Assembly: GCA_963741205.1 (NCBI GenBank)
Contig: CAVUHW010000034.1
Span: 64,001-128,000, forward strand
DNA from: Nitrospirota bacterium
GTDB lineage: Bacteria; Nitrospirota; UBA9217
Length of the DNA: 64,000 bases
Reading direction: 5' to 3'
In this document: positions 44,071-55,528 of the stretch, in pieces
Layout: each line of letters opens with the position of its first letter
Numbering within the stretch: the first letter of the stretch is position 1
Notes under the pieces: model-generated
Told to the model about the DNA's origin: nothing
What the model saw: only the letters and a program-made list of their open reading frames with translations
Databases searched by the model: none
Translations under genes and position numbers: made by a program

Positions 44071-45882
44071 ATGTCTTCAATTATCAAAATACTCCCCGAC
44101 CATATCGTGAACAAGATCGCCGCCGGCGAGGTGGTAGAGCGGCCCGCGGCCGTGGTCAAGGAACTGGTTGAAAATTCCATCGACGCGGGCGCCAGTGAGA
44201 TTATCATCGAAATTGAGCAGGCCGGCAGTCGGCTCATCCGTGTTACTGACAACGGCAGTGGTATGACCAAGGTGGATGCGCAGATCGCCTTTCTCCGACA
44301 TGCGACAAGCAAGATACGAAGCGACGAAGACCTCGATGCCGTAAAAACCATGGGATTCCGCGGTGAGGCTCTCTCAAGTATCGCCTCGGTGTCACAGGTC
44401 AGGCTTCTGACCGCCGTGCGCGGCTCGGCATCGGGCGTCCTCATCGAAATAGAGGCCGGAGCGGTAAAATCCACTTCCGAGGCGGCTGCGCCGGAGGGGA
44501 CGTCGGTCGAGGTGGCCCATATTTTTTACAATACCCCCGCGCGTCTCAAGTTCCTGAAAAGTCCCGGCACCGAATTTTCTCATATCGTGACCGCGGTGTC
44601 ACGCCTGGCCATGCCGCATCCTTCCACACGGTTCAGGCTCACCCACAACAAGAAGATCACGCTTGACCTGCCGGAGTCGACGAGCATCAAAGACCGGGCC
44701 TTTCAGATCTATGGCGGCGACCTCGCGGAAAATGTCATGACCTTTTCCGGAGGGCGGGGCGGCGTCCATATCCACGGTCTCATCGGGCGTCCGACATACA
44801 GTCGCGCGGACCGCACCTATCAGGATTTTTATGTGAATCGTCGCGCGGTGAAAAACACCTCGCTGACTCACGCATTGTACGCAGCCTATGGCGATATGCT
44901 CATGCGGGACCGCCATCCGGTCGGTTTCATTTTCATCGAGATCGATCCCGCATTCGTGGACGTCAACGTGCATCCCGCGAAGGCGGAAGTGCGCTTTCGC
45001 AACCAGTCACAGATCCATGATATAGTCCGTGAAGTCATCAGGGAGGGACTCCGTTTGCAGGGCATGCCGGTCGGCGCGGCCCCGCAGGCTCGGGTGGACG
45101 CCGCAGAACGAGTGAAGGAGGCTATGACAGAGTACCTGAATGCGCAGCCGCACGAGGTCAGAGGCCCCTTCGAAAGGAAAGCACCTCCGTTGCTCGGGCG
45201 CCGCAAGAGCGATTTCAAGGCGCAGGGGCAGCGGACGGAGGCTGATACGTCGATCCGCACGGAGACTTTCGGCGAGTTCCCGCAGCAATACGCGCTTGTC
45301 CCCGAGCACGATCTCGTCCCCATCGCCCAGATCCACGACTCCTTCATTATCGCCCAGTCGAAGGAGGGGATGGCGATCATCGATCAGCACGCCGCGCACG
45401 AACGGGTGTTGTTCGAGAAGTTGCAGGACGAGTTCGGCGCGGGCTTGATGCCTATTCAGAACCTTCTGGTGCCGGTCCAGGTGGAACTCGGCCCCGCACA
45501 AAGCGGCATTTTATCGGAGTACCTGTTCGAACTGCACAAAACAGGGTTGATCGTGGATGACTTCGGTGGCGGAACATTCATGATCAAAGCAGTGCCGTCC
45601 CTCGTGGTCGGCGCCGACTACAAGAAGCTGCTTCTCGATATCCTCGATGAAGTGAGTGCCCACGGCCTGAGCGGCGGCATGGAAAAGCTCCGGGACGATA
45701 TCCTGAGCGTCATGGCCTGCCATCCCGCGATCAAAGTCCATCGTCAACTCGACCGGGAAGAGATGGAGTCGCTTCTCCACGACCTCTTCGCGTGCCGCAT
45801 GCCCCACACCTGCCCGCACGGCAGACCGACGGTGGCACGGCTTCCCCTGGATGAGATCAGGAGGATGTTTAAGAGGACGTAG
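44071..45882 (+). CDS. mutL: DNA mismatch repair endonuclease MutL
   Basis: NKIAAGEVVERP, GFRGEAL, DQHAAHER, CPHGRP. Confidence 0.97.
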   Translation: MSSIIKILPDHIVNKIAAGEVVERPAAVVKELVENSIDAGASEIIIEIEQAGSRLIRVTDNGSGMTKVDAQIAFLRHATSKIRSDEDLDAVKTMGFRGEALSSIASVSQVRLLTAVRGSASGVLIEIEAGAVKSTSEAAAPEGTSVEVAHIFYNTPARLKFLKSPGTEFSHIVTAVSRLAMPHPSTRFRLTHNKKITLDLPESTSIKDRAFQIYGGDLAENVMTFSGGRGGVHIHGLIGRPTYSRADRTYQDFYVNRRAVKNTSLTHALYAAYGDMLMRDRHPVGFIFIEIDPAFVDVNVHPAKAEVRFRNQSQIHDIVREVIREGLRLQGMPVGAAPQARVDAAERVKEAMTEYLNAQPHEVRGPFERKAPPLLGRRKSDFKAQGQRTEADTSIRTETFGEFPQQYALVPEHDLVPIAQIHDSFIIAQSKEGMAIIDQHAAHERVLFEKLQDEFGAGLMPIQNLLVPVQVELGPAQSGILSEYLFELHKTGLIVDDFGGGTFMIKAVPSLVVGADYKKLLLDILDEVSAHGLSGGMEKLRDDILSVMACHPAIKVHRQLDREEMESLLHDLFACRMPHTCPHGRPTVARLPLDEIRRMFKRT

Positions 45883-45936
45883 TTTGCGTGGGCTGGCCCC
45901 GATCTGATCGGGACGTTCTTTTCATCGTATACGATC

Positions 45937-46884
45937 ATGTCTTCCGAAAAGCCCATCCTCATCATCGCCGGTCCCACGGCCGCCGGCAAAACTGACGCGT
46001 CGCTTCTTCTCGCCCGGCAGCTCGGCGCGGAGATCGTCTCCGCCGACTCCATGCAGATCTATCGAGGCATGGATATCGGCACCGCAAAGCCCTCGCCGGA
46101 ACAGCGCAAGCTCATCTATCACCATATGATCGACATCGTGGAACCGGACCAGCCCTACAGCGTAGGCGACTATCTGCGGGACGCACGGGCCGCGATCGAC
46201 GGGATTCTTTCCTCGGGCGGCGTCCCTCTCGTGGTCGGCGGGACCGGGCTTTATATCCGGGCGCTGACGCGGGGACTGTTCCACGGCCCGCCGGCGGACC
46301 TCGATCTGCGCGAACGCCTGCTCCGTCGTGAGGCAGAAGGGCAGTCCGGAACGCTCTATGCCGACCTCGTCAAGGTGGACCCGGAAGCCGCGATTAAGAT
46401 CCATCCCAACGACCTGCGGCGCACGGTCAGGGCGCTCGAGGTGTACTATCTTCGGGACAGGAAACTGTCGGAGTTCCAGCGCGAACACGCGTTTGGCGAC
46501 AGGCCTTACCGGTTCACGCTGCTTTTTCTCGTCAGGAGCCGTGACGAACTGTACCGCCGCATTGAAAAGCGTGTTGACCAGATGATCGACAGCGGTCTCG
46601 AAGCAGAGGTCAGGGCGCTCTTCGACCGGGGTTACCCCATGGATCTGGCGTCGATGCGGGGTCTGGGGTATAAACAGTTCATCGAATACTTTCTCGGAAG
46701 GTCGACCCGGGATGAGGCCGTTGCCCTCTTGAAGCGCGATACGAAGCGGTTTGCCAAGCGGCAATTCACGTGGTTCCGGCGTGAGCCGGAAGCGGTGTGG
46801 GTGGACATCACCGGGCTCGAACGCGCAGAGGATATTTTGGAAAAAATAAAGAAATACGTTGAAATTACAAATAAGTTAGTATAA
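45937..46884 (+). CDS. miaA: tRNA dimethylallyltransferase
   Basis: GPTAAGKT, DSMQIYRGMDIGTAKP, VGGTGLY, KRQFTWF. Confidence 0.97.
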   Translation: MSSEKPILIIAGPTAAGKTDASLLLARQLGAEIVSADSMQIYRGMDIGTAKPSPEQRKLIYHHMIDIVEPDQPYSVGDYLRDARAAIDGILSSGGVPLVVGGTGLYIRALTRGLFHGPPADLDLRERLLRREAEGQSGTLYADLVKVDPEAAIKIHPNDLRRTVRALEVYYLRDRKLSEFQREHAFGDRPYRFTLLFLVRSRDELYRRIEKRVDQMIDSGLEAEVRALFDRGYPMDLASMRGLGYKQFIEYFLGRSTRDEAVALLKRDTKRFAKRQFTWFRREPEAVWVDITGLERAEDILEKIKKYVEITNKLV

Positions 46885-46956
46885 GATGACACAAAAATAT
46901 TGTGTCGCGAGCCGCCATCAGCGAGCGCTGTTCATGACGGCTTCACGGAGGGATGG

Positions 46957-47223
46957 ATGGGCAAGTCGCAGGTGAATCTGCAGGACATTTTTTTGAACCA
47001 GATGCGCAAGGAAAAGATCCCGGTGACCATGTACCTGGTGAACGGCGCTCGGCTCACGGGGACAATCAAGGGGTTCGACAACTTCGTGATCCTGTTAAAG
47101 CAGGAAAACCAGCAGCTTGTGTACAAGCATGCCATCTCCACCATAATCCCGGAAAAACCCGTTGAACTTCTGGAAACCATCGAATCGAAAAAGTCAGAGC
47201 AGGAGCAGGCGGCGCAGGCCTGA
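46957..47223 (+). CDS. hfq: RNA chaperone Hfq
   Basis: [22 protein letters not shown]. Confidence 0.97.
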   Translation: MGKSQVNLQDIFLNQMRKEKIPVTMYLVNGARLTGTIKGFDNFVILLKQENQQLVYKHAISTIIPEKPVELLETIESKKSEQEQAAQA

Positions 47224-47323
47224 ACAATTGAGGATTCCGGAATAAAAGTCCGCGGCACAATCAGAATCATCGGCTATGCACTCTTGGAATCTGCGTCCCC
47301 TCTTTACGAAGGAATTATTCGGC

Positions 47324-48214
47324 ATGGCAAAGCGCAGTGCAAAGTCTGAAGCAATAACCATCGGCGTCATCGGCGGCAGCGGCTTGTACGAAATAGAAGG
47401 GCTGTCGCAGGTGAAAAAAGTGAAAGTCGCTACACCCTTCGGCAGACCCTCGGACGACTTCATCATCGGAACGCTCTTCAACAAGCGGGTGGCCTTTTTG
47501 CCCCGTCACGGCCGTGGGCACCGCGTTATGCCGAGCGATATCAACTACCGTGCGAACATCTTCGGCATGAAGAAGCTCGGCGTTGAGCGGATCATCTCGG
47601 TCTCCGCCGTGGGAAGCATGAGGGAAGAGATCAGGCCCGGCGACATCGTGATCCCGGACCAGTTCTACGACCACACGAAACACCGCCGGAGCACCTTTTT
47701 CGGCGACGGCATTGTTGCCCACGTCGGCATGGCAGACCCGGTCTGCGCCGACCTCGGCAAAATCCTGTTCGATGCGGGGAAGAGGGCAGGGGCCGCGGTT
47801 CGCCGCGGCGGCACCTACTTCTGCATGGAGGGGCCGCAGTTTTCGACGCGCGCCGAGTCGCTTACCTACCGCACATGGAATGTCGACGTCATCGGGATGA
47901 CGAACGCAACCGAGGCCAGGCTCGCCCGGGAGGCTGAGATCTGCTACAGCACCATTGCCCTGGCCACGGACTATGACTGCTGGCACCACAGCGAGGAAGA
48001 CGTGACCGTCGAGGCAGTCCTTGCCGTGATGAAGAAAAACATCGAAACATCCAAAACCATGATCCGCGAAGCCGTCGGGATGCTCCCCCCCTTGCGGAGC
48101 TGCGCCTGTGGAGAGGCGCTCCGGAACACGATCATGACCCCGGAAAAACTGATCCCGGCGAAGACGAGGAAGGACCTCGCGCCGATCATCGGGAAGTACA
48201 TGCAGAAAAAGTGA
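47324..48214 (+). CDS. mtnP: S-methyl-5'-thioadenosine phosphorylase
   Basis: IGGSGLY, LPRHGRGH, MEGPQFSTRAES, TDYDCW. Confidence 0.93.
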   Translation: MAKRSAKSEAITIGVIGGSGLYEIEGLSQVKKVKVATPFGRPSDDFIIGTLFNKRVAFLPRHGRGHRVMPSDINYRANIFGMKKLGVERIISVSAVGSMREEIRPGDIVIPDQFYDHTKHRRSTFFGDGIVAHVGMADPVCADLGKILFDAGKRAGAAVRRGGTYFCMEGPQFSTRAESLTYRTWNVDVIGMTNATEARLAREAEICYSTIALATDYDCWHHSEEDVTVEAVLAVMKKNIETSKTMIREAVGMLPPLRSCACGEALRNTIMTPEKLIPAKTRKDLAPIIGKYMQKK

Positions 48215-48218
48215 CGGG

Positions 48219-48307
48219 ATTTTTAACCACGGATTAACACGGTTCAAGGCGAATACAAACCATCAAGCGTTCCTTTTTTTCATCCGTGTTCATCCGTGGT
48301 TAAAAAT
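48219..48307. repeat. 9-nt-period inverted repeat with perfect 16-bp termini
   Basis: ATTTTTAACCACGGAT ... ATCCGTGGTTAAAAAT. Confidence 0.75.
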
Positions 48308-48328
48308 ATTTCGTTTGGAGGGTTTTTT

Positions 48329-49238
48329 GTGAGTTTGCTCGTTGTCGGTACGGTTGCGCTTGATTCGGTAAAAACACCTTTCGGAACTGTCGATAACGCC
48401 CTCGGCGGTTCAGCCACGTATTTTTCCACTTCTGCCAGTTATTTCACCGATGTCAGGCTCGTAGCCGTCATCGGCGAAGACTTCCCCAAGGAACATATAC
48501 AATTTCTCAAGAGCAAGGACATCGACACGCGCGGACTCGAGGTTCAGAAAGGTGAGACCTTCCGTTGGAAAGGCGAGTACGGCTATGATTTGAACGAGGC
48601 TCACACCCTCGCCACGCACCTGAATGTTCTTGCGACGTTCAAACCGACGATTGTCGAACGACTACCGGGACTCTGACGTCGTATTTCTTGCGAACGTGGA
48701 CCCCGAGATCCAGTTCGATGTGCTGAAGCAGGTCAAGAAACCCAAGCTGGTGGCCTGCGACACGATGAACTACTGGATCGAAAGCAAGCTCGATGCGCTC
48801 AAACGCACGCTGGGGGAAGTGGACCTCTTGACCATCAACGAAGCGGAGATCCGGCAGCTTGCCGGCGAGTCGAGCCTGGTGAAGGCTGCCAAGCGCGTCC
48901 AGGCCATGGGGCCGAAGACGATCGTGGTCAAGCAGGGGAGCTACGGGGCGCTCATGTTCAACGGCCACAGCGTGTTCAGCGCCCCTGCGTATCCGCTCGA
49001 ATCGGTATTCGACCCGACAGGCGCCGGCGATACCTTCGCGGGCGGCTTTATGGGGTTCCTGGCGAGCACGATGAATTTTACAGAAGACAGCATGCGGAAG
49101 GCCGTCATCTTCGGCAGCGTCATGGCCTCTCTGAACGTGGAGGCATTCAGCCTCGACCGTCTCAGGAGCCTCGATTACCGGGAAATTGAAGGCAGGTACC
49201 GCGAGTTCAAGAAACTCACGCATTTTGAAGATATATAA
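48329..49238 (+). CDS. PfkB-family carbohydrate/nucleoside kinase, frameshift near 48655
   Basis: LGGSATY, DPTGAGDTFAGG. Confidence 0.9.
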
Positions 49239-49349
49239 GGGAACAACAAATATCCGATTATCGAATGAATCATGAAAATTCCAAACGTTTTGGCATTGGG
49301 TTTCGAGATTTGAATATTTGATGGAACTTGTGATTTGCATTGATTAGAT

Positions 49350-50543
49350 ATGTTTACTCTTGATCAAGTCATAACGGGCCCGAAACTCAGCGAGAAAAAC
49401 CTCGTAAAGGTCTTTTTTTCCATGAACAATCATCCGGTGGCAACGCCTGAAATGATGCTTGAGGAAGCGCGCAGTTACGTTTTGTTTTGCGGAGAGTCTG
49501 ATGGAAAGGTTTCCGCGTATATCGGGATTTATTTCCTTCTGACAGGCCGCAGACTGTTTTATGCCCATTCATCCAATCCCTTCCCCTCGGGAGAAATGAG
49601 CTCTGTTGAAGATGAGGCGTTGTGTTTTGTGGAAGGGCTCGGCGCGCTCATCGATCAGATAGACATCGCGAATCTGTCCGCGAAAGAGAAGAGCCGCTGG
49701 ATAGAGGAACAGGATATTTTCTCCCTTCAGGCCCGCCCCGAGAAGTCTCCCGAAACACCGGCCCCGGAACCGGCGGAAACGGAAGCTGTGCGGAAGGAGC
49801 CGGAGGAATTACAACCGTCTCCCGCAGTCCCGGAAGCCGCACCGCGACCGCAGAGGCCGCCTGTGCAAGCGGCGCCGCAAGCGGAAGCGGAGCGTCCCGC
49901 CGCAGAAGCCGCGCCGGCAGCGCTGCAAGCGCAACCAATACTACAAACGCAAACAGCGCCTCAACCGGTATTGCAAGCGCAACCACAGCAAGTCCCGGAA
50001 ACGCAAGCAGCGCCTCAGCCAGTGCCGCAAGCGCAACCGGCGCCACAGGCGCAGCCGGCGCAGGAGGCACTCCAGGCGGACGCGTTTCCGCAAGCTGCCC
50101 TGACAGCGCCGGAACCGCCAGCTCCAACGGTAGAGGAGGCGCTGACCGAGCGAGAGGATGAGTCAACATCCAGGCCCTCCGCGCCTCAACCGGCTGTCGT
50201 GCAGGAAGAGGCATTTGAGGATCATGCAGTCCCTGTCCCTGCAGACGTTTCCGAACCCAAGGATTCGCCGCAGGCGCCGCAGACTGAAGAAGGGCTGCCC
50301 CCGCAGGACAGCCCCGTTCCCGCGGCGGACAGATCGCACCAAAAGCCGCCGGCCCGCGCTTCCGGATCCAAGGCGCCCTCATTCGGTGCATCCTCGACGG
50401 GCAAGCAGGACATCATGCGAAAAGCAATGAAAGCAGCCATCGTCAGGCCGTCGAAACCAGCAATAAAAAAAGAGGCAGAGGCCGGCACCGGCGTCGTACG
50501 CAGGGACCGGGAGGCCCTTGCGCGTCTGCTCACATCGTTTTGA
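49350..50543 (+). CDS. hypothetical protein of the type found upstream of tgl, with a long Pro/Gln/Ala linker
   Basis: Globular N-terminus (EDEALCFVEGLG), QAAPQ/QAQP repeats around 49860-50070, C-terminal ALARLLTSF. Confidence 0.65.
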   Translation: MFTLDQVITGPKLSEKNLVKVFFSMNNHPVATPEMMLEEARSYVLFCGESDGKVSAYIGIYFLLTGRRLFYAHSSNPFPSGEMSSVEDEALCFVEGLGALIDQIDIANLSAKEKSRWIEEQDIFSLQARPEKSPETPAPEPAETEAVRKEPEELQPSPAVPEAAPRPQRPPVQAAPQAEAERPAAEAAPAALQAQPILQTQTAPQPVLQAQPQQVPETQAAPQPVPQAQPAPQAQPAQEALQADAFPQAALTAPEPPAPTVEEALTEREDESTSRPSAPQPAVVQEEAFEDHAVPVPADVSEPKDSPQAPQTEEGLPPQDSPVPAADRSHQKPPARASGSKAPSFGASSTGKQDIMRKAMKAAIVRPSKPAIKKEAEAGTGVVRRDREALARLLTSF

Positions 50544-50550
50544 AAGAGGT

Positions 50551-51297
50551 ATGACAATGAGAACCCTGGCAGTAATCATGCTCCTGGCTCTTACCGGGTG
50601 TGCTTCGACCGGCAACACCATCGATAAATCAAAAATGGCGGAAGGCTATTCCCAGAAGGGGCAAGCCTATTTTCTGGATAAAAATTACGAGCTCGCCGCG
50701 GTTGAATTCAACCGTTCCATTCAGACAGACAGCTCGAACAAGTTGTCCTACTATTATCTCGGGGTGATTAGTGATTTACAGGGCAAATCGGAAGATGCAA
50801 TAAAATATTATAAGAAAGCCATCAGCCTGGATAGTGATTTTTCGGAGGCTTACAACGCTCTCGGCGCGGTCTATTCAAAACAAAAGAAATGGAACGATGC
50901 AATTAAAAATTATAATAAAGCGCTGGAAAACAAGCTCTATACCACTCCCCATGTCCCGTATCTGAACATGGGGCGCGTCTATATGGCGCAGAAGGATTAC
51001 ACCAAGGCCGTTGAGGCCTATCGTGATGCAAAGAGGTACGTCAGTCTCGATGTTATCAGCTACGAACTGGGCCAGGCGCTCTTTGAGGCGGGCAGGACCA
51101 AAGAGGCGATCGAGGAGTTCCAGGAGGGAGTCAACCTTGCGCCGCAAAACGCGAGCATGCGCTACGCGCTGGCGCTGGCGTTCTTGAAGGAAGGCAACAA
51201 GAAGTCCGCCGTGGAAGAGTTCAAGAAAGCCGCCGAACTTGCCCCCAAGAGCGAACTCGCCCAAAAGGCCAATGATTATCTGAGAATTCTGAGGTGA
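50551..51297 (+). CDS. TPR lipoprotein, PilF/PilW/Tgl-like pilotin
   Basis: Lipobox LTGC, TPR repeats, LENKLYTTP motif, upstream of a rodZ-like gene. Confidence 0.8.
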   Translation: MTMRTLAVIMLLALTGCASTGNTIDKSKMAEGYSQKGQAYFLDKNYELAAVEFNRSIQTDSSNKLSYYYLGVISDLQGKSEDAIKYYKKAISLDSDFSEAYNALGAVYSKQKKWNDAIKNYNKALENKLYTTPHVPYLNMGRVYMAQKDYTKAVEAYRDAKRYVSLDVISYELGQALFEAGRTKEAIEEFQEGVNLAPQNASMRYALALAFLKEGNKKSAVEEFKKAAELAPKSELAQKANDYLRILR

Positions 51298-51300
51298 TGG

Positions 51301-52218
51301 ATGGGGACATTAGGACGATATCTGCACGATGCACGGGTAGCGCGGGGAATTGATTTGCGCGAAGCCGCTCAGCAGACCCGTATCAGCTTACAGTACCTCA
51401 GGGCTCTTGAAGAGGAAGATTTCAAAAAGCTGCCCGGCGATGTGTTCGTCAAGGGGTTTCTCAAGAACTACGGAAAGTATTTGCGCCTCGACGAAGCGGA
51501 GCTCATGAAACAATACAGCGAGTTGTTACAAAAGCCCTCTCCCGTCGGCGTCGCGAGTCAGGACAAACAAGCGGCCGAAGCGGAAAAGCCTAGCCGGTCC
51601 TCGAAAATCCCGATTGAACCCTTTATCTGGGGCGCCGGTATCGTCATCATCCTCATTGTCTTTCTGCTCATCGCGCTGCCGGCTCGTCACCCAAAGGAAA
51701 CCCGCAAGGCGGCGGAATCGCCCCCTGCCCCTGCGGCCGGTCCCGAACTCTTTTCCGCCGCCGTACCGAGCACGCCGGAGAAGCTTTATCTTGAGGTGTT
51801 CGCCCTCGACAACACCTGGGTTCTGGTCCGAACCGATGCGAGTCCGCAAAAGAAGGCGATTCTGAAAAAAGGCGAGAGTCTCATCTGGAGCGCGGACCAG
51901 CGTTTTCTGTTGAGCTATGGCAGCGCAGGGGCCGTCAGACTGCTGCTCAACGGGCAGGAACTTACCGTAGACGAACCGAAAAACGCCGTCGTAAGGGACC
52001 TGACCGTCACAGCGGCGGGTATCGTAAACCGCAAGACCCCGGGGGAAAAGCCAAAGACGGTGAATCCCAAGCGCCAACACACAGAGGCGGTGCTGACGCA
52101 GCCGTCTCCTTCCGCGGTATCGCAACAGACCACATCGGTCCGTGCCCCCCAACGGCCGCAGTCGCCACCCCCGTTGCCTCCAGCGCCTGGGAAAATGCCG
52201 AAGAGGCCAGCGCAATAA
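51301..52218 (+). CDS. rodZ: RodZ-like protein (HTH, TM, DUF4115)
   Basis: LGRYL..AR, YLRALEE, VFVKGFLKNYGKYL, one TM helix, GSAGAVRLLLNG. Confidence 0.85.
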   Translation: MGTLGRYLHDARVARGIDLREAAQQTRISLQYLRALEEEDFKKLPGDVFVKGFLKNYGKYLRLDEAELMKQYSELLQKPSPVGVASQDKQAAEAEKPSRSSKIPIEPFIWGAGIVIILIVFLLIALPARHPKETRKAAESPPAPAAGPELFSAAVPSTPEKLYLEVFALDNTWVLVRTDASPQKKAILKKGESLIWSADQRFLLSYGSAGAVRLLLNGQELTVDEPKNAVVRDLTVTAAGIVNRKTPGEKPKTVNPKRQHTEAVLTQPSPSAVSQQTTSVRAPQRPQSPPPLPPAPGKMPKRPAQ

Positions 52219-52312
52219 CTCTCTCTATCACCGCCCGCCTCTCTTGTCGCCGCTTTTTTTGCGGGGATTCCGCTCGCTCCCAAGCCTGTGCGATAGGCGA
52301 AGCCGGCTGATT

Positions 52313-52753
52313 CTATCCGGCGTCTCCCGTAATCTCCATTCTCCGGACATGAGTACCTCTCCAATAGATCCTTGCGCAGGTTGGACACCGCAGAAACGCG
52401 TCGTGGGTTTCAAACACATGATTCGGCACGAGGTCCCTCACGTCCTGCTGAGGAGCGGGGACAAGCGGCACATTGCAGAGAGAACATCGCGTGAGGGGAG
52501 CAGTCTTTCCGGGAAAAGCCGTCAGGACCTCGTCAACCTGTTTCCTGACGAGGTCGTTTTTGAGGAAGAGGTTGTTTTTTGCGAGGGGTCGGGCCGCCAG
52601 GGCGGTGTCCCGCGTAAGGATCACGCGGTCCTGCTGGAGAGACAGCCTGATGATCTCATTGTCATCCAGCCCCGGGTCGTAGAGCACGTCCCATCCAAGA
52701 AGCCGCAGCCGCTTCGCAAGCCTGCCCAGCATGACATCGGCGATGAATTTCAT
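52313..52753 (-). CDS. Mut7-C RNase (PIN) domain protein
   Basis: FIADVMLGRLAKRLRLLG, LTRD, RCSLCN..CPTC.RIYWRGTH. Confidence 0.92.
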   Translation of the reverse strand: MKFIADVMLGRLAKRLRLLGWDVLYDPGLDDNEIIRLSLQQDRVILTRDTALAARPLAKNNLFLKNDLVRKQVDEVLTAFPGKTAPLTRCSLCNVPLVPAPQQDVRDLVPNHVFETHDAFLRCPTCARIYWRGTHVRRMEITGDAG

Positions 52754-52770
52754 AAACTGAAAAACTTTTA

Positions 52771-52889
52771 GCCACAGAGATCACAGAGAACACAGAGAAA
52801 AGCAGGTCTGCCGGTTTAAAACCAAAATCCTTTTTTGTTTACTTCTCTGTGCCCTCTGTGTCCTATCTTTACGAACCTTCACTTGTGGC
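52771..52889. repeat. 9-nt-period inverted repeat
   Basis: CACAGAG x3 facing CTCTGTG x2, with GCCACA..TGTGGC termini. Confidence 0.7.
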
Positions 52890-52893
52890 AAAA

Positions 52894-55330
52894 TTATTCG
52901 AATCTTCTCAGCCGCAGCGAATTCGACACCACGCTCACGGAGCTGAAGGCCATGGCGGCCGAGGCGAACATGGGGTTCAGCAGAATCTTGAAGAAGGGGT
53001 AGAGCGCTCCCGCGGCAACGGGAATGCCGATGATATTGTAGAAAAAGGCCCAGAAAAGGTTCATCCTGATGGTCTTCATCGTCCTGCGGGAGAGCCTCAT
53101 CGCCGCCGCGACCATGCGGAGGTCGTCCTTGATCAGCGTAACGTCCGACGCCTCTATGGCCACATCGGTGCCCGTGCCGATGGCGATTCCCACATCGGCC
53201 TGGGTCAGCGCAGGCGCATCGTTGATGCCGTCGCCCACCATGGCCACGACCCTGCCTTCGGCCTGGAGTTTCTTCACGATTTCCATCTTGTCCTGCGGAA
53301 GGACCTCTGACAGCACGCGGGAGATCCCGAGCTCTTTGGCTATGGCCTGCGCAGTGCGGCGGTTGTCTCCGGTGAGCATGACTACTTCGAGCCCGAGTGC
53401 CCGCAGTTCCTTCACCGCCTCCTTGGAGTGCTCCTTCGGCGTGTCGGCCACCGCGATGATGCCGGCCGCGCTGCTCCCGATCGCCACGAACATGGGCGTC
53501 TTGCCATCTGACGAGAGTTCTTCGGCAGGCGGTGTGGAACGCCCCGAAATCGATCTTCCGGTCGTTCATCAGGCGCTCATTCCCGAGGATGATCTCTTTG
53601 CCGTGAAGCATTGCCCTGACGCCGTGACCGGGAAGGGCCTCGAACTCGTCGGCTTGTTCGAGAATAATGCCCTTCGCTATGGCGGCGCGCACGATCGCCT
53701 CGCCGAGCGGATGCTCGGAGCCCTTTTCCGCGGCGCCGGCGTAGATCAGGATCGTCCGTTCGCTCAGACCATCCCGGATCACATCGGTGACCTCGGGTTT
53801 CCCGCGGGTGAGCGTTCCGGTCTTGTCAAGGACGATGGTGTCGATCTTCTGCGCCCGCTCCAGGCTTTCCGCGTTCTTGAACAGGATGCCTTGTTCCGCG
53901 CCCTTGCCGGTCCCGACCATGATGGCCGTGGGCGTTGCGAGGCCCATGGCGCAGGGGCAGGCGATGATCAGAACGGCGATGAAGTTGACGAGCGCGAAGG
54001 TAAATTTCGTCTCCGCCGGACCGAAGACATACCATATCGCGAACGTGATGACCCCGATGCTGATGACGACGGGCACGAAGATGCTCGAGATGTAGTCCGC
54101 GAGCCGCTGGATGGGGGCCTTGGACCCCTGGGCCTCCTGGACCATGCGGATGATCTGGGCGAGCATGGTGTCCTTGCCGACCTTGGTGGCCTCGAAGGTG
54201 AATGCCCCGGTCTTGTTGATCGTGGCCCCGATGACCGTGTCCCCGATCTTCTTGTCCACGGGCAGGCTCTCGCCGGTGAGCATGGATTCGTCGATCGATG
54301 AATAGCCGTTCCTGATGACGCCGTCCACGGGTATCTTTTCCCCGGGCCGGACCACGATGAGGTCGCCCGTTTCCACCTCTTCGATGGGGATGTCCTGCTC
54401 CGCGCCTTCCCGTATCACGCGTGCCGTTCGCGGCTGGAGGCCCATGAGCTTCTTGATGGCCTCGCCCGCCCGCGTCTTGGCCCGGGCCTCGAGATATTTC
54501 CCGAAGAGGATCAGGGTGATGATGATCGCCGAGGTGTCAAAGTACGCGCCGCCGTGGCTGCCGTAATGCCCCAGGAGCGACGGGAAGAAGGTGACGACCG
54601 TACTGTACCCGTAGGCCGCGGACGTGCCGACCACCACGAGGGTGTTCATGTTCGTGCTGCCGTGCTTGATCGAGGCCCAGGCATTCTGGTAGAAGTGACG
54701 GCCCGCCCAGAACTGGACCGGCGTCGTAAGAAGGAACAGGATGAACCACATGGTCCGGCGGGGGACGACGGCGATAACGGGGACCATGTCCTGCAAACTG
54801 CCGATAAGAATAAGGGCCGAGAGGACCGCGCTGGTTATGAGCTTGTTCCGAAGCTCCCGGAGCTCCCGTTCCCGCGCTTCCTTCTCGATGTCGAGGGCCG
54901 AGCGGCCTTCAGCCTGCTGAAGGACCCGGAACCCCGATTTCTCGATGGTCCTTCTGATGTCCCTGAGGCCGATCTGGCCGGGGATGTATTCCAGCTCGAC
55001 GGTCTCGGCCCCGGCGTTCACCGCGACGTTCAGCACGCCGTCGATCGAGGACACGATGCCTTCCAGCTCCCGCACCCGCGAGGCATCAAGATCGATGATC
55101 GGGATGGAGACCTTTTCCGTGACCGCCTGATAGCCGAGTTCTTTGATGCTGGAGATGAATTTGTCCAGTCCCACCGCGGCGGGATCGAATTCGACAACGG
55201 CCTTCTCGTTGGCGTAATTCACGTTTGCGCTCTTCACGCCCACGAGCTTCGAGATGTCCTTCTGGATCGCAGCGGCACAGTTTACGCAGGTCATGCCTTT
55301 GACCGGGATGACGGCTTTCTTGGTGTCCAT
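52894..55330 (-). CDS. copA: copper-translocating P1B-type ATPase, frameshift near 53520
   Basis: [38 protein letters not shown]. Confidence 0.95.
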
Positions 55331-55528
55331 AGGCGTATTGTACCACGAAGGGTTGAAGGTGAAAAGAAGGAAACAATTGGAGAGGCCGGGGAACAAACAG
55401 CGTTTCACGCCGGAGAATAAAGGCAACCTACGGGACTAATTTGCCGTTTAGAGGTAAACTTGTCACCAAAGGGTGGTTCCAATGACCCCTGTCCGGACCG
55501 TCGTAACCTCTACAGAAAGGAGACCTCT

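Noticed and set aside
55445-55515. Hairpin leader (TAGAGGT..ACCTCTA) as a riboswitch
   Set aside because: It lacks the conserved motifs of any riboswitch class I can recognise.
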